This document shows, piece after piece, positions 9,829 to 19,181 of a DNA stretch of 64,000 nucleotides; within the stretch, counting starts at the first letter, position 1; each line of letters starts with the position of its first letter. This stretch comes from Solirubrobacteraceae bacterium (GTDB taxonomy: Bacteria > Actinomycetota > Thermoleophilia > Solirubrobacterales > Solirubrobacteraceae), in assembly GCA_035505215.1 (NCBI GenBank), contig DATJQY010000015.1, forward strand, positions 160,387-224,386. The letters run 5' to 3'. Under the pieces are notes generated by a model. That model was given only the letters and a program-made list of their open reading frames with translations. It was not told where the DNA came from and did not search any database. The translations under genes were made by a program, and so were the position numbers.

Positions 9829-12084
9829 TTACGGCAGTGAGTTGATGACGCCCTCCGCGCTCCCCACCACGGTCAGGCCAGCGGCGACCAGCGGTGCCCC
9901 CGTGTCCTCCAGGCACTCGGCGTCGAGCGCAGGGGAGTCCGAGCCGGTCGCCGGCGCCGGCCCAACCCGTCGGCCGGTCGTAAGTCTCCGCCGGAGGGCG
10001 AAGTGGAGATGAATCGGCAACGAGCGCGAAGAGTCACCCACATACACCTGGTAGGTCCCCTTGGCCGCCGTCCAGACCCCGTTCCAGAAGGAGAGCTGGC
10101 GCGGGGTCAGCGTGAAGGTGACCCGGGTCTTGTGGCGGGCGCGGACGGTGACCCGTTTGAAGGCCTCGAGCTGGCGCGGCGGCTCGCCGGCGGCGGCGGG
10201 ATCTCCCACGTAGAGCTGCACCACGTCCGATCCCGCACGCCGGCCGACATTGCGGACGAGGACGCTGACCGTGACCCGGCCCTTCTTGGTCGGGCGCGAG
10301 AGGTGGGCCTTGCTGAAGCGGAACGACGTGTACGAGAGCCCGAACCCGAACGGGAAGAGCGGCGTCTCCTTGTTCTCGTCGAAGTAGCGGTAGCCGACGA
10401 AGATGCCCTCGTTGAACTTCTGCTCCCCCACCCCTGGCCAGTCGGTCGGAGAGCCGGCCGGCTCCTGGGAGAGCGAGACCGGGAAGGTGACCGGGAGCTT
10501 GCCCCCCGGATCGACGTCGCCGAACAGGACCGCCGCGATCGCGGTGCCGTCGCCCTGGCCGGGATACCAGGCCTCGAGCACGCCGGCCACGCTGCTCAGC
10601 CACGGCATCGTCACCGCACTGCCGGTGTTGAGGACCACGATCGTGTGCGGGTTCGCGGCCGCGACGTCCTCGATCAGCGTGTTCTCCTGCGCGGGCAGAT
10701 CGATGCTCGGAAGATCCTCTCCCTCGCTCTCCTGAAGGTCGACGAACACGATCGCGACCGAGGCGGACTTGGCCGCCGATGCGGCCGAGCTGGGGTCAGA
10801 GCCGTCGTTGTAGACGACGCTAGCTCCGTGGGCCCGGGCGACGATGCCCTGGTAGGGCGTCACGACCGACGGGGCGACGACGCTCGCGCTACCCCCGCCG
10901 CCGGTGTAGGCGCCAGAGCCGGCGTCGGCGCCGATCACCGCGATCGAGTGCGTGGTGGCCGGCTTCAGCGGCAGCAGTGAGCCCGCGTTCTTGAGCAGGA
11001 CGGTCGAATCCTCGGCCACCTTCACCGCGGTGGCGGCGTGGGCCGGCGTTGTCACCACGTCGCCCGGCGCGCCGGTGACCGGGTGGCTGAAAACGTGGAA
11101 GCGGAACATCTCGGTGAGGATCCGGGAGACCATGCCGTTGAGCGTCGCCTGGGAGACGGCGCCGTCCTGGAGCCCTTCCTGCAGCCCGGTCGTGTAGTAG
11201 CAGCCGTCGGGCATCTGCATGTCGAGGCCCGCGTCCGCCGAGGGGGCGGCGCTCTTGGTGGCAAACCAGTCCGAGGTGACGAAGCCGGTGAAGCCGAACT
11301 CGCTATCCAGTACCTGGGCGAGCAGATAACCGTCCTGACACGCCGGCACCCCGTTCACCTCGTTGTAGGAGCACATCGCCGACGCCACGTGCGCCTGCTG
11401 GATCGCGTCCTGAAACGGCGGCAGGTAGATCTCCTGGAGCGCTCGCTCGGAGACAATCGAGTTAGAGGCCGGGCTGTCGCGCGCCGTCTCCTCCGCGTAG
11501 GCCGCGAGGTGCTTGACCTGCGCCATCACGCCCTGGCCCTGGACGCCGTCGATGTAGCCGTCGCCGATCGCGCCCTGCAACAGCGGATCCTCGCCGTAGG
11601 TCTCAAACGCCCGGCCCCAGCGCGGGTCGCGGACGATGTTGACGGTCGGGCCGAGGTCGACGTTCGCGCCCTTGCCGCGCTGCTCGGCGCCCACCACTGC
11701 CCCGTACTGCGCGGCCAGCTTCGGATCCCACGTGGCCGCCAGCGCGACGGGGGCCGGGAGCTGCGTGACCCCGGTCATGCTGTCGCCCGATCCGGCCGGG
11801 CCATCCTCGAGGTTGAGCGCGGGGACGCACAGGGACGGGATCGGCGTCGTCTGGCCGGCGTAGACGGGTCCCATCTCCGCCACCGGGCCGCTGGTCAGGC
11901 CCGAGAGCAGGTCGAGCTTGTCCGACTGCGACATCTGGGCCAGCAACTGCTTCACGCGGGCCGCGATCGGGGCCTTCGAGGTCACCCAGGGGCAGCCGGC
12001 GGCGTTGGCGGCCGCGGGCACAAGTGCGGCTGCGGCTAAGAGCGCCGCCAGCCCCGCTATGCCGACGAGCAGCTTCCCGCGCAT
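9829..12084 (-). CDS. Secreted GH3 beta-glucosidase (paralogue without PA14-like insert)
   Basis: Start reassigned to MRGKLLVG (12084, signal peptide). RDPRWGRAFE, FVTSDW, WYPGQ, FPFGFGLSYT. Confidence 0.93.
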   Translation of the reverse strand: MRGKLLVGIAGLAALLAAAALVPAAANAAGCPWVTSKAPIAARVKQLLAQMSQSDKLDLLSGLTSGPVAEMGPVYAGQTTPIPSLCVPALNLEDGPAGSGDSMTGVTQLPAPVALAATWDPKLAAQYGAVVGAEQRGKGANVDLGPTVNIVRDPRWGRAFETYGEDPLLQGAIGDGYIDGVQGQGVMAQVKHLAAYAEETARDSPASNSIVSERALQEIYLPPFQDAIQQAHVASAMCSYNEVNGVPACQDGYLLAQVLDSEFGFTGFVTSDWFATKSAAPSADAGLDMQMPDGCYYTTGLQEGLQDGAVSQATLNGMVSRILTEMFRFHVFSHPVTGAPGDVVTTPAHAATAVKVAEDSTVLLKNAGSLLPLKPATTHSIAVIGADAGSGAYTGGGGSASVVAPSVVTPYQGIVARAHGASVVYNDGSDPSSAASAAKSASVAIVFVDLQESEGEDLPSIDLPAQENTLIEDVAAANPHTIVVLNTGSAVTMPWLSSVAGVLEAWYPGQGDGTAIAAVLFGDVDPGGKLPVTFPVSLSQEPAGSPTDWPGVGEQKFNEGIFVGYRYFDENKETPLFPFGFGLSYTSFRFSKAHLSRPTKKGRVTVSVLVRNVGRRAGSDVVQLYVGDPAAAGEPPRQLEAFKRVTVRARHKTRVTFTLTPRQLSFWNGVWTAAKGTYQVYVGDSSRSLPIHLHFALRRRLTTGRRVGPAPATGSDSPALDAECLEDTGAPLVAAGLTVVGSAEGVINSLP

Positions 12085-12149
12085 CCCTGGATCACCGGGC
12101 GAAGATCTTATGGAGTCACCCCGGCGCCCGCTCCAGCACCACCCGGTTC

Positions 12150-13055
12150 CTAACTGCCCCCGCGCTCTTGGGCGAGGGCATCCAGCGCCCGCGCCAGCCA
12201 GGTCGGCGCCTCCTGCTCCCACAGGGTCACGCTGTGACCGCCGGGATACTCGGCGAAGACGTGACGGATGTGCTGCTTGCGCAAGGCCCCGTTGAAGGCG
12301 AGGTTGTCCGAGGCAAAGCGGGTGTCCTGGTTACCGACGTAGAAGCCGATGAACGCCGGGTCGCGGGCCAGCGACCGGGCGAGGACCGCGCCCCGGGGGG
12401 CGCGAGCGGCCGCGTTGGCCGCCGCGGAGCCGAGGTTGAGGATGTGCAGGCCGCTCGGGTCCGTGGCCTCGAAGTAGCCGCTCCAGGACTCGATGGCCCC
12501 GAAGGTGTCGAGATGGCGCAGACCGATGTTCATAGCGCCAAAACCGCCGGCCGAGAAGCCGATCAGCGCTCGGCCTGAGCGCTTGGCGATGGTGAGGAAG
12601 TGCGTGTCGATGCATCGGGTCAGGTCGCGGGAAAACGCCTGGGGCCAGTTCTCGGTGGGCCCAACGTCGAGGTACTCCGGGTCGCTGTTCTCCGTGCGCG
12701 CTCCCTGGGGGGCGACGACGATCGCCGGGCGCGATCCGCTGGCCACGACGTTGGCCACGAAGCCGCTCTCGGTATACGTCTGCGGTCCGGCGGGAAGTCC
12801 GTGCAGGAGATAGATGACCGGGAAGCGCTGCGTGGTCTCTCCGTATCCCGCGGGGAGGTAGACGAGCGCCGGCAGCTTTCCCCCCAGCGAGGGTGAGGAA
12901 CAGGTCATCGACACCGTGCTCGGAGCCGCCGACGCGTGGGCGACGGGTCGCGGCGAGACCGCACGCCGGCGATGCCCGCGCCGCACCAGAGCGGCGTGCG
13001 CAATCGAGACACCCAGGATCAACAGGAGCGCAAACGAAACAGCGGGGGCACGCAC
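12150..13055 (-). CDS. Secreted alpha/beta-hydrolase (putative esterase, Ag85/Fes-like family)
   Basis: YLPAGY...FPVIYLLHG, nucleophile GFSAGG, C-terminal PGGH. N-terminal signal peptide. Confidence 0.85.
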   Translation of the reverse strand: MRAPAVSFALLLILGVSIAHAALVRRGHRRRAVSPRPVAHASAAPSTVSMTCSSPSLGGKLPALVYLPAGYGETTQRFPVIYLLHGLPAGPQTYTESGFVANVVASGSRPAIVVAPQGARTENSDPEYLDVGPTENWPQAFSRDLTRCIDTHFLTIAKRSGRALIGFSAGGFGAMNIGLRHLDTFGAIESWSGYFEATDPSGLHILNLGSAAANAAARAPRGAVLARSLARDPAFIGFYVGNQDTRFASDNLAFNGALRKQHIRHVFAEYPGGHSVTLWEQEAPTWLARALDALAQERGGS

Positions 13056-13081
13056 CCTCGCTCACGGTAGCGGCGAGCCGG

Positions 13082-15532
13082 TCAAGGTCGTGTAAGCAGC
13101 TCACCATCCTGCAAGCGCGCGTGCAGGCCGCCGAACGGCGGCCGAACCGCGCGCTGGGCTATCCGCAGCCAACCATGCACCATCCCCGGCAGCGCGGCCC
13201 CGGCGGCCAAGAGCACGCCCTCGAACCACGCGCCGGAACCCGGGACCCGGTCGGCGAGCACGGCGCTCAGCCGGAGGTTCCGCGCCAGGGCAAATGACGC
13301 CTCGGAGGCGAACAGCACCAGCAACAGCCCGAACCCAGCCACGACCACCACGCGGGCCGACGGCCGGACGCGGATCAGGACCAGCCCCAAGACGACTCCG
13401 GCGAGCAGCCAGGCGGCCGCCACCCGGGCCAGCGGCTGGCCGTCAAACCCCGCCAGCTGGAGCAGCGGGAGGGCGTCGCCGAGCCGCGGGCCGGCGGCCA
13501 GCCAGCCCAGGCCGCGCAGGCCGTAGAGCAGGCCGGTCCCGGTCAGGACGGCAAAGATCACCGCGAAGCCGACCCCAACGCTCGCCACCACCCCGCGGAG
13601 CAGCGCCGCCAGCGATCCCCAGCCACCGCGGAAGGCCCGCCGCCAGTCCACCGAGGCGCCCGACTCCGCCCCGGCCAGAACCGGCACGCACGCGAGCACG
13701 ATCGCGATCGCGAGCAGATGGAGGCCGGTGATGAGCGGGCGTGAGCCGAGCGACTCGCCGAACGCAGCCAGCCCGAACACGAGCGCAGTGAGAGTGGCGA
13801 GGCCCGTCATCAGCGAGATGGAGCTGATCGCGTTTGACCGGCGCAGCGCCGCCTGGAAGGCGAGGAAACCGACGAACGTCATCCCGGCGGCGACCAGAGT
13901 CCAGCCGGTGAAGAGACTCGACGTGCCGTGCGCGCGTACGCCCAGCGATACGGCTTTGATGGCCGCGTCGGCCACGCCGTAGAAGAGTCCGGCCGCGATC
14001 GCCTTCCCCGCTCCTCCGTGGTTGTAGATGACCGCTCCGCCCGCCACCGCCGCCGCGCTCGCCCAGACGAGCGCCGCGGTCGCGATCCCGCCGCCCGGCC
14101 GTGGCACGCCGATGGGGAGCAGGGCCAGGCTGGCCGCCATGGCCACGACCGCGATCACCTGAAGCCGGGGCACCCGGTAGCCGAAGATCCCTGCCCCGAG
14201 CGGAACCGAGAGGGCCAGCCCCCCGGCCGCGAAGGCCTGAACGAGCGACAGGGGAGCCAGGGCCACCGCGACGATCTGGACCAGGAAGCCGAGCCACCCG
14301 AGCCCCTGCCCGGCCAGCCAGGTGCGGCTGCGCAGCGCCCCGAGCCACGCCCGCAGGCCGTCGCCGCTGCCTCGCACGAGGCCCCGCTGCTGGAGCATGA
14401 AGCCGAGGTTGATGAGTGCTGCCGAGCCGATGGCGAGCAGCAGCCCGAGCCACGCCGAAGCCGGCAGTCCGCCGCCCCGCGGCGCCAACCCCGCGCGCGC
14501 GCCAGGCCGACCCGCGTCGAAGCGGCGCGCCGGCGCCGGGAGCGCGTGCCGCTCCGGCCCCGAGCCGGCCAGCCGGGTAGCGGCAGCAAGTCTGGAGACG
14601 GATGGCGGCAGCGGGTGGCTCACCATCCTCGAGGCCCGCAGCATCATCGAATCGACCTGGTCGTACCAGACCTCCCAGTCGTGACCCCCGGGGAACAGGT
14701 TGTAGGTGGCGATGGCTCCGCTGCGCCGCAGGGCGCGGGCCATGGCGCCGATCCTGCGGCCGTCGGGGTCGTGGCGCCCGGTGAACATGTACACCCGCAG
14801 CGGATAGCGCTCCAGCGCCCGGCGCAGCCGCGTAGTCTGCGCGTACTCCAGCGGGCTGTTATAGGCCAGCGCCGCGCCGCTCGCGTCACGGAAGACAGCG
14901 CTGAACTTCCGCGTCTGGATGTAGTACCCGGACCAGGACTGGACGTTCTCAAACACCTCCGGGTGATGGAGCGCGATGTTCAGGGCGCCGTAGGCGCCGG
15001 CGGAATAGCCCGCGATTACGCGAGCGCTGCGAGACGGGATGGCCGAGAAGCGGGTGTCGACGTCGCGGACGACGTTGAGCACGTAGCTTTCGAAATGTCC
15101 CGCCGGCGTGTTGGCCCACTCGGAATCCGAGAACGAGCTGCTGATGCGGCCGTCGGGCATCACGAGCAGCATCGGGCGCAGCTGGTGCTCGCTGATCCGG
15201 TTGGCCAGCCGCACGTCGAGGCCGACAACGCTGATGAAGTCCCTGGGGCTTCCCGGCGCGCCGTGGAGCAGGTAGTAGACCGGATAGCGCTGAGCCCGGC
15301 TGTAGCCGCCCGGGAGGTAGACGAGGTAGTCGGCCATCCGGTGGAGCGCCCGGGAGTAGAAATGCACCGTCTCCAGACGTCCGGGGCGCGCATGTGGGAA
15401 CCGCTTGACCGGCGCGAACCCCCGGTGCACCCAATACGCCTGACCGTAGCTGTAGGTCCCGATCAGCCCGGCGGCAACCGTGCCCGCGATCACGAGGATC
15501 GCCAGCAGGCGCCAGAAAATTCGGCGGCGCAT
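13082..15532 (-). CDS. Fusion: exported esterase domain + DMT/NIPA-like membrane domain + additional membrane domain
   Basis: Start reassigned to MRRRIFW (15532). YPVYYLLHG, GYSAGA and PGGHDW, then a linker, a DMT-like region (ALAPLSLVQ) and further hydrophobic helices in one frame. Confidence 0.75.
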   Translation of the reverse strand: MRRRIFWRLLAILVIAGTVAAGLIGTYSYGQAYWVHRGFAPVKRFPHARPGRLETVHFYSRALHRMADYLVYLPGGYSRAQRYPVYYLLHGAPGSPRDFISVVGLDVRLANRISEHQLRPMLLVMPDGRISSSFSDSEWANTPAGHFESYVLNVVRDVDTRFSAIPSRSARVIAGYSAGAYGALNIALHHPEVFENVQSWSGYYIQTRKFSAVFRDASGAALAYNSPLEYAQTTRLRRALERYPLRVYMFTGRHDPDGRRIGAMARALRRSGAIATYNLFPGGHDWEVWYDQVDSMMLRASRMVSHPLPPSVSRLAAATRLAGSGPERHALPAPARRFDAGRPGARAGLAPRGGGLPASAWLGLLLAIGSAALINLGFMLQQRGLVRGSGDGLRAWLGALRSRTWLAGQGLGWLGFLVQIVAVALAPLSLVQAFAAGGLALSVPLGAGIFGYRVPRLQVIAVVAMAASLALLPIGVPRPGGGIATAALVWASAAAVAGGAVIYNHGGAGKAIAAGLFYGVADAAIKAVSLGVRAHGTSSLFTGWTLVAAGMTFVGFLAFQAALRRSNAISSISLMTGLATLTALVFGLAAFGESLGSRPLITGLHLLAIAIVLACVPVLAGAESGASVDWRRAFRGGWGSLAALLRGVVASVGVGFAVIFAVLTGTGLLYGLRGLGWLAAGPRLGDALPLLQLAGFDGQPLARVAAAWLLAGVVLGLVLIRVRPSARVVVVAGFGLLLVLFASEASFALARNLRLSAVLADRVPGSGAWFEGVLLAAGAALPGMVHGWLRIAQRAVRPPFGGLHARLQDGELLTRP

Positions 15533-15537
15533 CCGGG

Positions 15538-16848
15538 TCACCGCCCGGAGACGTAGGCCCGGACCGAGGAGGGCACGGGCTCGGAGCGCGGCGCGCTGAC
15601 CGGCGGCACTGGCCGCCTCGAGTCCCAGCGCCGCCCCAGATAGCCCTCGGCCTGGAGCACGCGATAAATGGTTCTCGGGAGGGCACGGCGCGATGGATAG
15701 ACGAGGTAGCGGGGGCGCCACTGGGGGGCGAACTTGTCGTTGAAGCGGATGAGGCGCTCCATCTGAAAGCGCCGGCCCAGAACGGCAGTCGCGATCCCGA
15801 TCGCGCCTCGGCGCAGCCAACCTCCCGACGCTCTGCCGCGAATCACGTGCGCCAGCCCGGCGTAGTTGAGGCTGACCTCGCTGACGCCGCGCTCACGCGC
15901 CACCTCGATGGCGCGGCACACGAGCGCCTCGTTGAGCCCGTTGGGGTTCTCCCCCACCCGGCGCATCGTGGCCAGCGACAGCTTGCCGCGGTGCGCGACG
16001 AAGTGCATCGCCGCGGTCAGGGCTCCCTCGGGCGAGCGCGCAAGCAGGTAGAGGTCGCGGGGGCGGATCCCCGCCTCGTACGGCCCCATGCTCATGGCGA
16101 AGCCGAGCAGGCGCGGCCGCTGAGCGCGCCAGCGGGTCTCGAGCGCCTCGATCTCGGCCTCGGTCACCAGGTCGATGTCGATCCCGTCGAAGGCGACGAT
16201 TTGCCAGCCGCGACGCTCTACGCGGTGGACCGACTGGCGCAGCTTGCGCACCGGCCGCCCGTCGAGGCTGAAGTTCTCCGGGCGGACCACCGCTTCCTCG
16301 CCGACGCACATCGAGCGCAGGCCGAGCCGGTGGTAGGTCTGGAGCTGAGCCTCTGACGCGCCGTAGACGGCGACGTCCCAGCCATGAGCGCGGGCCGTGT
16401 CGAGGAACCTCGCCGCGACCGCCGGAGCCGCCCCGGCCGGCGCGACCGGATCACCCGAGACGACCGCCGTGCGACCGAAGACCCGGTAGCTGATGACACC
16501 GCCGGCGGCGAAGGCATAGGCCTTGTCGGGCCTCACGATGAAGGGCGAGATCGAGTCCTCCCCGTAGCGGTCGACAAGGTGCCGGGCGGCGGCGAGCTCG
16601 TCGTGGGAATCGTGCCGCCTGGCTGCGCCAGCGAGCGAAGCCGAGGCGCGCCGCCGGCTCAGCGCCAACGCGGTTAGGCCACCGAGCGCGAGCGCGTCAG
16701 CGCCCAGGCCGAGGGCCAACAGGACGTCGCCGGACCCGCCCGGCAATAGCGAGGCCAGGAGCGACCACGCCGCCAGCGCCAGACAGCCGATCAGGACGAT
16801 TGATCGCGCGCGCCGTTTCCGGAGGGCGATGAGAAGGAAGCGTGACAC
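15538..16848 (-). CDS. Phosphatidylglycerol lysyltransferase-domain protein (DUF2156, MprF C-terminal-like)
   Basis: Two N-terminal TM helices, then VVSGDPV, GEEAVV..FSLDGR..RKLRQ, MRR..PNGL.E.L and F..KF.P.W.PRYLVY. Confidence 0.88.
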   Translation of the reverse strand: MSRFLLIALRKRRARSIVLIGCLALAAWSLLASLLPGGSGDVLLALGLGADALALGGLTALALSRRRASASLAGAARRHDSHDELAAARHLVDRYGEDSISPFIVRPDKAYAFAAGGVISYRVFGRTAVVSGDPVAPAGAAPAVAARFLDTARAHGWDVAVYGASEAQLQTYHRLGLRSMCVGEEAVVRPENFSLDGRPVRKLRQSVHRVERRGWQIVAFDGIDIDLVTEAEIEALETRWRAQRPRLLGFAMSMGPYEAGIRPRDLYLLARSPEGALTAAMHFVAHRGKLSLATMRRVGENPNGLNEALVCRAIEVARERGVSEVSLNYAGLAHVIRGRASGGWLRRGAIGIATAVLGRRFQMERLIRFNDKFAPQWRPRYLVYPSRRALPRTIYRVLQAEGYLGRRWDSRRPVPPVSAPRSEPVPSSVRAYVSGR

Positions 16849-16872
16849 CCCAGGGAAAATCTCGCTCGCATG

Positions 16873-16911
16873 CCTGAGGCCGGGCCGGGAGAAGCCTGAG
16901 AATTTCCTGAG
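16873..16911 (-). promoter_or_regulatory. Probable OmpR/PhoP-family direct-repeat site upstream of the DUF2156 gene
   Basis: CCTGAG at 16873, 16895 and 16906 (22- and 11-bp spacing). A near-identical 17-mer lies upstream of the response regulator at 19182-19198. Confidence 0.6.
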
Positions 16912-16923
16912 TCCGCGGGGCGG

Positions 16924-18462
16924 CTAGCGACGCCCGGCCGTCTCGGCCGAGGCCGATGTGCCGCGGTCGGCCGCGTCGGGCGCGGGGGCCCCAGGCGGAG
17001 CGGCCGGGAGCCTCACCGTGAAGAGCGCGCCGCCGGTGGGGCGATTGGCCGCCTGCACGGTGCCGTCGTGGGCCTCGACGATCGCGTGCACGATCGAGAG
17101 GCCGAGGCCCGATCCACCGTCGTCGCGGGTCCTCCCCGCCTCGGCACGCCAGAAGCGCTCAAACACCTGCTCCTCGGCGTCCACGGGCAGCCCGAGTCCG
17201 TGATCGCGCACCTCGAGCACGGCCTGCGGACCCTCACGGGAGACGGAAACCTCGACCGGGGTGTCCGGGGGCGTGTGGGTGACGGCGTTGCTCAAGAGGT
17301 TGTTCAGGACCTGACGCAGGCCGTCCGGGTCGCCGAGCACCTCGACGGCATCGGCGCTGGTCAGCGAGATCGGGCGCCCGGGCGCCGCGGCGCGGGCATC
17401 GGCGACGGCCCCGACGACGAGTTCGCCCATGTCGACTGGCACCCGGCGAGATTTCGGGAGTTCGTCCAGCCGCGCCAGGGCCAGCAGGTCTTCGACGAGC
17501 ACGCCCATCCGGGCGGCCTCGGACTCGATCCGCGACATGGCCCGCTCAAGGAGCTCGGGATTGCGCGCCGGACCCAATCGGAACAGCTCCGCGTAGCCCC
17601 GGATCGAGGCCAGCGGAGTCCGCAGCTCATGCGAGGCGTCGAGCAGGAATTGGCGCTGGCGCTCTTCGCTGCGCGCCCGCCCGGCGAACGCGTCCTCGAT
17701 CCGCACGAGCATCCGGTTGAGCGACAGACCCAGACGACCGATCTCGGTGCGGGTCGTCGACGGGGTGACCCGCCGCGATAGGTCTCCTTCGCTGATCTCG
17801 TTGGCCACTCGGCTCATCGCGTCCAGCGGGCGGAGAGCGAGGCGGATGACCACCCACCCGAGCCCGGTCAGCGCGATCAGAACAGCCGCCACGACGATCA
17901 CCTCGACGAGGACCAGGCGGTCGAGCGCCTCATCGGTGTCCCGGAGGGGAATCGCCACCGCGACCGCGCCGGCTCCCGAGTCGAGCGGCACGACGGCGAC
18001 GCGGAAGCGGATCTTGGACTTGGGTATCGAGGCGACGGTGTAGAGCTTGGGCGTCCCGGACGACTGGGCCGCCTGCAGGACACGAGCGGGAATCGCCGGC
18101 CGCACCCGGGTGCGCGTGTCGTAGCTCGTGAGGATCGGACCCCGGAGGACGTTCCCGGTCGGGCCGACGAACTCCCCGAAGGCGCCCGAGGGGACGAATC
18201 CGACCAGGCCCTTGCGGTACTGGGACGAGACGGCGTGCACGTCGCGCGTCAGGTGACGGACCTTCGGGCTGACGGTCAGGAGCCGAGCGTCGAGGCCCAG
18301 GGCGTAGGTCATCGGCGCCGCCGCCGCCTCGACGCTCTGATCGGCGCGGCCGTAGAGGTAGGAACGCTGCTCGTAGTAGATGGCAAAGGCCGAGAGCACG
18401 AGCGCAGTGGCGATGAGCAGCAGGATGCTCATGAGCAGCCGGGTCCTCAGCGACATGGTCAT
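16924..18462 (-). CDS. HAMP-domain sensor histidine kinase
   Basis: Two TM helices, HAMP, H-box ASHELRTPL, N-box NLLSNA, G boxes DHGLG and GSGLGL. ATGA overlap with the response regulator. Confidence 0.95.
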   Translation of the reverse strand: MTMSLRTRLLMSILLLIATALVLSAFAIYYEQRSYLYGRADQSVEAAAAPMTYALGLDARLLTVSPKVRHLTRDVHAVSSQYRKGLVGFVPSGAFGEFVGPTGNVLRGPILTSYDTRTRVRPAIPARVLQAAQSSGTPKLYTVASIPKSKIRFRVAVVPLDSGAGAVAVAIPLRDTDEALDRLVLVEVIVVAAVLIALTGLGWVVIRLALRPLDAMSRVANEISEGDLSRRVTPSTTRTEIGRLGLSLNRMLVRIEDAFAGRARSEERQRQFLLDASHELRTPLASIRGYAELFRLGPARNPELLERAMSRIESEAARMGVLVEDLLALARLDELPKSRRVPVDMGELVVGAVADARAAAPGRPISLTSADAVEVLGDPDGLRQVLNNLLSNAVTHTPPDTPVEVSVSREGPQAVLEVRDHGLGLPVDAEEQVFERFWRAEAGRTRDDGGSGLGLSIVHAIVEAHDGTVQAANRPTGGALFTVRLPAAPPGAPAPDAADRGTSASAETAGRR

Positions 18463-19160
18463 GTCCTTGGCAGCCGCAACGAGTAACCCACCCCGCGAAT
18501 TGTGTGAAGCAGTGGCGGCCCGTCGGCGTCGATCTTCTTGCGCAGGTAGCTCACGTACGTCTCCAGCACGCGGGCGTCACCGGCGAAGTCGTAGCTCCAC
18601 ACCCGTTCCAGAAGCTGCTGCCGGGTGAGGACGCGCCGCGGGTTGGTCATGAAGTAGTGCAGCAGTCGGAACTCGGTCGCCGTGAGCTCGATCGGCCGCC
18701 CCGCCCGTGAGACCTCACGTGTCTCCTCGTCGAGTTCGAGATCCTCGAAGGTCAGCCGGCCGCTGAACTCCGCGCCGGCGCCGTTGCGACGGACCACGTT
18801 GCGCAGCCGCGCCATCAGCTCCTCGAGGCTGAAGGGCTTGGTGACGTAGTCGCCACCCCCCGCGGTGAGACCCCACACCTTGTCGGTCGTGGCGTCACGC
18901 GCGGTCAGGAACAGGATCGGCACGTCAACCCGCTCGGCGGCGAGCCGCCTCGCCACCTCAAAGCCGTCGATGTCGGGGAGCATGACGTCGAGGACGAGGA
19001 CGTTCGGATGCCAATCGCGCACGCTGGCCAGCGCCCCCGCGCCGCTGTCGGCCTGCGCGACCTCGAAGCCGTTGTGACGCAGCGCCATCGACACGAAGTC
19101 GACGATGTTCGGTTCGTCGTCGACCACCAGCACGCGCACCGGACCATCAGTGTCGCTCAC
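18459..19160 (-). CDS. OmpR/PhoP-family response regulator
   Basis: VLVVDDE, LDVMLP (phospho-Asp), FLTARD, KPFS and a winged-helix C-terminus (TIRGVGY). Confidence 0.96.
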   Translation of the reverse strand: MSDTDGPVRVLVVDDEPNIVDFVSMALRHNGFEVAQADSGAGALASVRDWHPNVLVLDVMLPDIDGFEVARRLAAERVDVPILFLTARDATTDKVWGLTAGGGDYVTKPFSLEELMARLRNVVRRNGAGAEFSGRLTFEDLELDEETREVSRAGRPIELTATEFRLLHYFMTNPRRVLTRQQLLERVWSYDFAGDARVLETYVSYLRKKIDADGPPLLHTIRGVGYSLRLPRT

Positions 19161-19181
19161 ATGATCATTATCGAGCCCGAA

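Noticed and set aside
15533-15820. N-terminal 96 aa of the 912-aa ORF
   Set aside because: It overlaps the 3' end of the DUF2156 gene in another frame. A signal-anchor start at 15532 fits better.
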